Assembly: GCF_006345805.1 (NCBI RefSeq)
Contig: NC_043002.1
Coordinates: 64,976,001 to 65,040,000 of the forward strand
Origin: Octopus sinensis
Taxonomy: Eukaryota
Direction: 5' to 3'
DNA: 64,000 nt
Under the pieces are notes generated by a model. That model made no database searches. It saw only the letters and a program-made list of their open reading frames with translations, and was not told the DNA's origin. Position 1 is the stretch's first letter; each line of letters begins with the position of its first letter. Made by a program: the position numbers and the translations under genes. Below, in pieces: positions 55,086 through 64,000 of this stretch.

Positions 55086-55595
55086 GCATTTTGCATGTAT
55101 TTATGCATATACAAGTATGGTCAGACAAGTATACACACACATATGTATGAATGTGTGTTTCTGTGTAAATTTGAATTTGCGTTAGCTTTAGTGTGTTTAT
55201 ATGTGCCTGTAGAGGAATGTATGATTAAAAATTAATAAACATTATTTTTAATTGATTTTTAAACTTACAGGCGTTATATTTATTTTAAAATTAAATGTGG
55301 ATTTCGGCGAAGTGCGTACGCTTGCGTATGCGTGTAAGTGAATGCCTCGATATATGCGTGTATATCTACACACAGACACGTACAAGTATGTGTAAGTACA
55401 TGTAAGTTTCTGCGTTCGTGTGTGTTTAAGGGTGTACGAGAAATATGGGCCTAACGTTTTATATTTTAATATTTTTGTCACATTAGCATGTTTTTATTTT
55501 CATAATGCAATTGTATCTGCGATTAGCGCACGTTTCAACATGACCTAATTAATATATTACTATTATTATTATCCTTATTATTATTATTATTATCC

Positions 55596-55679
<84 letters not shown>

Positions 55680-56394
55680 TCTTTATTATTTTATTTTTCT
55701 ATTATTATGGTTATTTTTATCATTATTGTTATATTATTATTAATAATTATTATTTTTACAATCAACATCAGCATTATTTTCATCATTACAATTGTTAACA
55801 ATTGTAAAGTTGTTGATATTGTTGTTACTGCAGATGCTGGTGATGTTGCTGATGCTGATGTCATTGTAGCTGCTGCTGCTGCTGCTGCTGATACTGCTAA
55901 TAATGATGATGACGATGATGATGACAAATATCACGTTGCACAACCCAAATAAGAAGATATTTATTTCCTGGATTAAAGTAGGATATTCATTTTAATTTAT
56001 TTTGATAATTAAGAACATTCGACGTGCTTTAGACGTGCATTCGACGTGTACACCATTACCTGGGGTAGAAGAAACTGCTGCCATTTTATGATGAACAGTT
56101 ATTTCAAATATTTCCTTGCTTTTGAAAGACAGTTGCCCAAAATTTGAGTGAAATGCTATTTTTCATAATTGTAACTGTAACATAAATACTTTCTCTCCGA
56201 AATTACGTTCTAAATTATCAAAATAAAATTTTGAAAAAAGAAACGAAAGCGATAATTAAAGGCACAGAGAAATTGCACACTGAAAACCTTATAAAATTGA
56301 TTTTTGAATTGTTTCGAAGTGAAATGAAAATATATCATTAACAGCAGCAGAAAGAATAAAACGGCCACAATAGCAAGAGCAGCAACAACACTAG

Positions 56395-56600
56395 TGGAGG
56401 AGTAATGGCCCAGTAGTTAGTGCAGCGGACTCGCGGTCGTAAGAACGCGGTTTCGATTCCCAGACCGGGCAATGTGAGTTTTTATTGTGCAAAAACCCTT
56501 ACGACCCAGAAGGCTCCGGCGGGGTGATAGTGGTGGTGGTGGTGAACCCCGCTGTACTCTTTCACCACAACTTTCTCTCACTCTTTCTTCCTACTTCTGC
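56395..56600 (+). mobile_element. tRNA-derived SINE (another family)
   Basis: tggcccagtagttag (A-box-like)..ggtttcgattccc (B-box-like). Confidence 0.55.
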
Positions 56601-56881
56601 ACAAAACAGAGGAAACATGGTGTAGCCAAATATGGTGTGATAAACTTTCAGACCCTAGTCTAGATTGAGAATCCTCTGTACCCCAGGATGGTTCAGCTCG
56701 CCAGCCGTTAAAAGCCACCGTTTACGAAATGAGGATAATAACGTAGCTTTCGCGCCCTTGGCAACAGCCAGTCTATCGCCTGTGGTGCGTGGATCTTCAA
56801 GTTGCCACACGCATTCTTAGTAGCTTAGAGTAGGCTCGAATTAGAAACTATTCTTTGGGGCTAATGGCGTGAGTCCTGATT

Positions 56882-56998
56882 GGAAGAAGAAGAAGAAGAA
56901 GAAGAAGAAGAAGAAGAAGAAGAAGAGAAGAAGAAGAAGAAGAAGAAGAAGAAGAAGAAGAAGAAGAAGAAGAAGAAGAAGAAGAAGAAGAAGAAGAA
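56882..56998. repeat. (GAA)n microsatellite
   Basis: Direct reading. Confidence 0.95.
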
Positions 56999-57497
56999 AC
57001 ATTTGAACATTTACAAAGGCTGGAAATAAAAATCTAAGACATCAGCCAGCCCAATTAAATGCAGTGGACGCAGCATGTAACAAAAAGAAAGTGCGTTCTT
57101 GCTCGGTGATGCTTTCAACTAATGGATAAGTGTAAGATAATATACTCCTGGGATTTGGTGATTTAAAAACCGGATTTGATTTTTGTCATCACTCAAAATA
57201 ATATTAAATGAATATCTTGTGCGTTACGCGGCTGCTAATACTGTCATAATATTCATCCTATTAGTCCCGAATCAGAATCAATGTATAACCTTTATTGAGG
57301 AGAACGGGTCGAGTTCTAGGCGACCCTAGAAGGTTAGTAGTTAAGATCTATATTTCTGAGATTGGATAAGATCCATGCCAGCTTGATTACTGAAGTAAGC
57401 ATTTAGGCCAAATCAGGTCAAATATCGTTGCTGATGCATGAAACTCATGTTTCAGTTCAGTATAATGAGATTACTATATATTAAGAAAAAATCTTCA

Positions 57498-59370
57498 TGT
57501 GTGGTAAGTAGCTTGCTTACCAGCCACATGGTTCCGGGTTTAGTCCCTCTGTGTGACACCTTAGGCAAGTGTCTTCTACTATAGCCTCGGGCCACCCAAA
57601 GCCTTGTGAGTGGTTTTGATAAACGGAAACTGAAAGAAGCCCGTTGTATACATATATATAATTGAATAAATAAAATATATGCATACATACATACATATAT
57701 GTACGTACCTACATCTACGTGTATATATACATGCATATATATATATATGAGTACAGGACACCACAAATGGACGTAGAACTCAACGAAAAACGAAAACATA
57801 AAAACAAACATGGAAACGGAATTTTTTTAACAACGAAAAAACAGAGTAAAAGACAAACAATACAAGGAATATTCCCCTTCATCAGCTGTCCCTGGTTCGA
57901 CTCCATATGTGTTTCGAAGGTAAGTACAGAACACGACCCGCCGAACAAGGTCTTCCTGCGAAAGAATTAAATAAAATTCCTTTGCAGAGGGGTAAAAACA
58001 AGGAAAGAAAAGAAATGAGACAAGAACAGGACGTAAAAGCAATACAAATAAAAATACAAATAAAATCCAAATACAAAATAAAATACAATATTAAAAATAC
58101 AGTACACAAAAAGAATAAAAACAGGACAAGGAAACCAACATTGAGGGCCTTTTTTTAAGCCTAGACGATGGAAAAATTCAGAGCGCAAGAAAAAAGCCAT
58201 TTTGGCTTGTAGAAGGCAGCGAGTGGAAGGAGGTTGGTCGACTCAGCAGTGAGAGAGATGCGGAGGAGTGAGAGAGAGAGATAGAGAGGAAAGGAAACCA
58301 GAAAGGGTGAAAAATAAGAAGGAGAGAGACAGGCAAAGAGGAAGACAGACAGGAAGGAAGGAAAGGTCAAGCAAAGGGTTACAGAGTTTCGCGTCATAAT
58401 TATAAATAAAAACTTACTTGGAGAAAACGAAAGGAACGAAACGAAACGACGCGAGGGCGCTCAGTCATACAATAATTTAATAAATAAAATATATGCATAC
58501 ATACATACATATATGTACGTACCTACATCTACGTGTATATATACATGCATATATATATATATGAGTACAGGACACCACAAATGGACGTAGAACTCAACGA
58601 AAAACGAAAACATAAAAACAAACATGGAAACGGAATTTTTTTAACAACGAAAAAACAGAGTAAAAGACAAACAATACAAGGAATATTCCCCTTCATCAGC
58701 TGTCCCTGGTTCGACTCCATATGTGTTTCGAAGGTAAGTACAGAACACGACCCGCCGAACAAGGTCTTCCTGCGAAAGAATTAAATAAAATTCCTTTGCA
58801 GAGGGGTAAAAACAAGGAAAGAAAAGAAATGAGACAAGAACAGGACGTAAAAGCAATACAATAAAAATACAAAATAAAATCCAAATACAAAATAAAATAC
58901 AATATTAAAAATACAGTACACAAAAGAATAAAAACAGGACAAGGAAACCAACATTGAGGGCCTTTTTTAAGCCTAGACGATGGAAAAATTCAGAGCGCAA
59001 GAAAAAAGCCATTTTGGCTTGTAGAAGGCAGCGAGTGGAAGGAGGTTGGTCGACTCAGCAGTGAGAGAGATGCGGAGGAGTGAGAGAGAGAGATAGAGAG
59101 GAAAGGAAACCAGAAAGGGTGAAAAATAAGAAGGAGAGAGACAGGCAAAGAGGAAGACAGACAGGAAGGAAGGAAAGGTCAAGCAAAGGGTTACAGAGTT
59201 TCGCGTCATAATTATAAATAAAAACTTACTTGGAGAAAACGAAAGGAACGAAACGAAACGACGCGAGGGCGCTCAGTCATACAATAATTTAATAAATAAA
59301 ATATATGCATACATACATACATATATGTACGTACCTACATCTACGTGTATATATACATGCATATATATAT

Positions 59371-59418
<48 letters not shown>

Positions 59419-59715
59419 TACAGGACACCACAAATACACGTAGAACTCAACGAGAAACGAAAGCATGAAAACAAACATGAACACGGACTTTTATTTAACA
59501 ACAAAAAACAGAGTACAAGACAAACAATGCAAGGAATATTCCCCTTCATCAGCTGTGCCTGGTTCGACTCCATATGTGTTTCGAAAGTAAGGACAGAACA
59601 CGACCCACCGAAACAATCCTTCCTGCAAAAGAATTAAATACAATTCCTTTGCAGAGGGGTAAAAACAAAGAAAGAAAAAAAAATTAGACAAGAACAGGAC
59701 GTAAAAGCAATACAA

Positions 59716-59746
<31 letters not shown>

Positions 59747-59895
59747 CGTGTGTGTGTCTGTGTTTGTCCCCCAAAAAGAGACCGATAGAATAAGTACCAG
59801 GATTACAAAATATAAGTCCTGGGGTCGATTAGCTAGTCTAAAATCGGTGCTCCAGCATAGCCTTAGTCAAATGTCTGAAACAAGTAAAAGAGTAA
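57498..59895 (+). mobile_element. SINE family A split by the tandem array
   Basis: Head 57498-57650, tail 59745-59895. Confidence 0.75.
57666..59720. repeat. Tandem array of a ~813-bp non-coding unit (2.5 copies)
   Basis: Identical ORF-track entries offset by 814 and 812 bp; the third, partial copy is more diverged. Confidence 0.95.
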
Positions 59896-60019
59896 AAAAA
59901 GTAAAATGAGTCCAATATATTGCACGCTGAGAATTACTAAAAGTATCAAATAGCAATCACTATGTTTAGGTTTACAGATGCACGTTAGGAATGTTCTGGA
60001 ATGCGTCGTCAGTAAGGTT

Positions 60020-60790
60020 TCTATAGTCTCAATAGGTTTAATAGGTTTTCGGGGCTTTCAACAATAAATCCCATCGCCCAGGTAAACCAGTCCGTGATGA
60101 TCAAGCCCGGTTTGCATCAAAATAGCTGCAGGCAACTGGTCTGCCCTCTTTATTCCAAGCCTTCAAGTGGCCTTCTCTTTCACTTCGGTAATGAAATTTA
60201 TAGCCCTCCTATTGTTGCACTAGTAACTCCAAGATCAGTCAGACTTTTGCAGAATGAACACCCCACCCCAAAATCTCGACAACCCACTTCTATTGGCTCG
60301 CAACATTCCTGTCACCCACGAGTCATACACCGCTCCACCAACTCTCCGAATTTGGCCAGCTTCCTCTCATAAGATGACGTTAATTGTTCCTACCAAGGCA
60401 CAGTCAGTTTCCACATGATCACCCGTTTTTTTTTTAAAATTTGAGTTCACTATTACCGAGCGGATTGTTGTTGGTATGATACAGTCTTGGAACTTTAACT
60501 GTTCCGCGGGATCCACTCTTATCTGCTAGTCTAAAGCGGATGAAAGCATTCAAGTTAGTCGTTGGATTTCCCATGAAGTGAACATTTCTCTGGCTCTCAA
60601 AAAATGATACCTTCTTTCTTGCGCTGGTATTCACTGAACTGAATATTTGTTGATATCACATCCGCAACCGGCCCCAGGACCTGGTCGTGTCGCCAACGGT
60701 AGCAGCCATTAGCTTAAGCTCTGGAAAGGCTACTGAGAAACTGTCATGGGGACATTCTGCAAGAGCAGACAAGATATGATGTTTTTCACT
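60020..60790 (-). mobile_element. Degenerate HERO-type RLE non-LTR retrotransposon, 3' end
   Basis: Minus-strand translation gives CYRWRHDQVLGPVADVI and KLTVPW*EQLTSSYERKLAKFGELVERCMTRG*QECCEPIEVGCRDF. Confidence 0.75.
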
Positions 60791-61167
60791 TCTATATTTG
60801 AAGGTTTGTTGGACTGGTTAGAGTGTTGTAGACAGGCTGAATAAAAATTCAGAATGTTGTAAGCGCTAATAATAACAATAACAGAATCACGGCAATGAGA
60901 ACAATGAATATAAAAATATTAGCAATAACAACAACAATGGCACTAAGAAAAAGGCATGAAAAGGGATACCTGGTTAACCAATAATAATATTATAAATGTA
61001 ATTGTAGAAATAAGACAATATGCCCACTGGAAATGAGATTTTACGTAGAAACATTGTATACAATTGTACTACTAGAATATGTATATGCATGTATAGGTGA
61101 ATCGCTCAAGGAACTGTAATGCATCATTTAGGAACATCTGGAAAAACAGTGAATATTACTCGCTCAC

Positions 61168-61185
61168 CTGATATGGGACCTCAAA
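61168..61185 (-). other. Candidate 18-nt microexon
   Basis: tactgac..tgc..tattatttttcag|TTTGAGGTCCCATATCAG|gtgagc. Confidence 0.35.
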
Positions 61186-61425
61186 CTGAAAAATAATACA
61201 ATATAGCATGACTTGGTCAGTAACAAAAAATGCATACCCAAATAAAGTCTTTTCAAAAGAGTTTAACCTTTGTTTGGAAGAATCTATAGACACAGTATTA
61301 TGCAATGAAATCAAGCACACTGAAATTTTTCTAACATGTAACCACAAATTAAAAAATTTCTTTATGTCATTTAGAAACTACCTAGTGTGACTAGTAGTGC
61401 AATTTTCTGTATATTATATATATAT

Positions 61426-61483
<58 letters not shown>

Positions 61484-62392
61484 GTTGTTGTTGTTGTTTT
61501 TATTATTAGCATTATTATTATTGCACTTCAATTACCTTCGATGTGTTTTCCAATAATTTTATACTCTTATATTTTAATTATCCATCAATTATTAAATACC
61601 GCAGTGATTATAGCGCCTCAACTGAAATACCCGCATCAATATATTATTTACTTTTAATGTATATAGTAATGTCATATTATATTTCAATTACGTTTCTTCT
61701 TTAATTAAGGTAATGTGTTTTAAATAGATAACGCATTAAATTTATTGTCCCTTAAGCCATGTCATTTCTTGTGCACCTCGGGATTTCAACATTGACAAGC
61801 ATCGCTGGATTATTATAAAAATAATTGATTTCTATTAACAATCACAGCAGCAGCAGCTAAATCAGCGTGAAGCGGTTTAAGTACAACAGAAAACAGCCTA
61901 AGTGAAATTGCTGATATTAAAAAGGGATTACAAATTTTTGGATAACATGTGTGAAAAGATTTGTATGTATTTCAAACAAGATTGAACCGATCTTTCTTCA
62001 TTAAAAATTATTTGTAATTTTCTTTAAAAACTACAGATTAACGCAGACCTTGTAGACAGAGGATTCCCCCCACCCTCACCCCTGTAAGCGCTTTTCGATG
62101 TTTGCTGTTTTTAAAACATGTGTTATAATGTGATCCGTTGAGATATAAAATTCTGATTTACAGTTCTCGCATCATTGATCAGTTTCTTCCTTCAACTTAC
62201 AAAAAACAAAAAAAAAAAACGGAATATCGATAATTTCTAATTCACACAATTGTCAACATTTGCGTAACTTGATATATTTCTCAGTTAGCCTTTTTTTTTT
62301 TTTTTTTCGTTTAGGCAGCTTGACCCGATTAATTTTTTTGCTTGGATTTTTATTTCTTTAGCCGATATAATTCTACATTCATAGTATATATA

Positions 62393-62764
62393 CAGGGCGA
62401 TTTAAAAATCTCCATACATAAGAATTTTTTTTTTACAAGTAACAATTTTTAAGATTCTCTAGCTCCCATGATCTGGCCCCTCTTGATTTCTATCTTAGGG
62501 GGCATTTGAAAGGCATGGTGTATCGCAGAAAGATAAAAAACACAAATCACTTGAAGGAACGCATCACCAGATCATTTCCACACGTATCACCAGGTGTGCT
62601 ATTACGAGTTCACAATGAGTGGGGGTAAACGCATTGCATTGTGTATTCAAAACAATGGTAACCATATAGAGACTGTTAAATAAAAAAAATAAACATTTTC
62701 TTATAAATTGTTTCTCATAAAAAGATAACTTGTTCCTATATATGGCGACTTTTGAATCACCCTG
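62393..62764 (+). mobile_element. Internally deleted Tc1/mariner-superfamily element with both TIRs and TA flanks
   Basis: TA-cagggcgatttaaaaatctccat ... atggcgacttttgaatcaccctg-TA; interior SHDLAPLDFYLRGHLKGMVY (SPDLxPLDFxLWG-like). Confidence 0.85.
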
Positions 62765-64000
62765 TATAAAGCCGAAAATGACAGTTTCTCTTTTCAAGTT
62801 TATATTTTCCCCAATCTTGAATTCCTTTGCAATTTTGATTTTGTTTCTTTTTTTATTTGTTGAGTTTGTTTAAAACCTGCTGCATCAATTCACGGACCCC
62901 ATGAAAATGGTGCTTCTTCCTGTATGTAATACTTTCACTTCAAATCTTACCGAGTTAATTTTCGATGTTAATCCTACTCATAAAATTAAAATTTACCTAT
63001 GAAATACTGGTTGATCTAATGCACTAACAACTTAATCATGGGAATTTTTTCTACAATGTTGAGTTAGAAACTTTTATGTCCAGAGTACAAGTTCACACTA
63101 TCTTTTATTTGCATTTCTCATTTTATTAAAGGAAAAGAATAAATGCAATTTTTACTTTTCTGAATTCGGCCAAGTCCATTTTTATGAAAAGGGAAATGAA
63201 CTAATTAGTTTAAATCGTAACTGTTCTGTTAGCTTGTATATCAGGCTACAGTGCTAAGTTATCCAATATTTTGAAATAAAGGAACTATTTCTATTAAGGA
63301 TCTGTCGTTTGTTTGATAAGTAACGGTAATAATAATGAAGCAGCTGTTACGTACAGCTATATTATGAAGTGTATCAGAAACTGCACATATTTCTGCTTTT
63401 TTCGCTTAAGTAGTAGGAAAATAGAAAACCTGAATGAATGCTATGCACCTACATCAAAATTTAAAAGCCAACCCTTTTCTCACAAACTTAGACATAATTC
63501 TATTAAACTTCCACTCGACAATTTTCTTAGATATTTCGAAAATTCTTGCTATAGCGCTAGCCTAACATTTATATATATACATATATATATACAGTTTTGA
63601 CGAAACTAATTCTGTGTAGCAACAACATGTTGATCAACACAAGAGAAATAAAATGAAAAGAAATCAAACAGCCATTATAAATGATAGATTCAGCGTTGAA
63701 TTATCTTCAAGTTTCTCGTGATTTATGCGAATAAGAGAAAATAAAACAGTTTCCGGTATTCCAGAACCAAGAGAAGAAAACGAACATAAAAGAGAGTGAG
63801 ACAAAGAAAGGAAATTTCCACGTGTACACGTCCATACATATACGTAGATAATGGTTAGACATAAAAAAAAATAGCATGCACGCACGCGCACACACACACA
63901 CACACACACCAACACATAGATTAAAGTGTATGCATATATCTGTGTGGGTATGTGCGTGTGTGTGCATGTATATATGTACATACATTTATATACATATATA

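Noticed and set aside
57666-59720. Repeats as a CRISPR array or tandem genes
   Set aside because: Long identical units without unique spacers, eukaryotic context, and the ORFs have no domains.

Overview
AT-rich, microsatellite-dense eukaryotic DNA with no intact host protein-coding gene that I can recognise. The tRNA-like SINE families suggest an octopus/cephalopod genome (inference), probably intronic or intergenic. Most ORFs in the supplied track are microsatellite artefacts. The real coding remnants all belong to transposons: a near full-length but disrupted R4/Dong-type RLE retrotransposon (36.4-40.3 kb) plus several 3' fragments in (TAA)n, Penelope-like elements (RT and GIY-YIG), a HERO-type and a CR1/L2-group LINE, Tc1/mariner remnants, a Helitron remnant and three SINE families. 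The most notable signal is a set of at least seven sequence-unrelated type I hammerhead-ribozyme folds, read by eye. Most sit in short Penelope-type terminal-repeat or non-coding cassettes embedded in (TA)n, including inverted-repeat and tandem (retrozyme-like) arrangements. Also noted: a LINE/SINE shared 3' stem-loop with compensatory changes, a non-coding element in (TAA)n, and a candidate 18-nt microexon on the minus strand. All folds and family calls were made by eye; no searches were run and boundaries are approximate.
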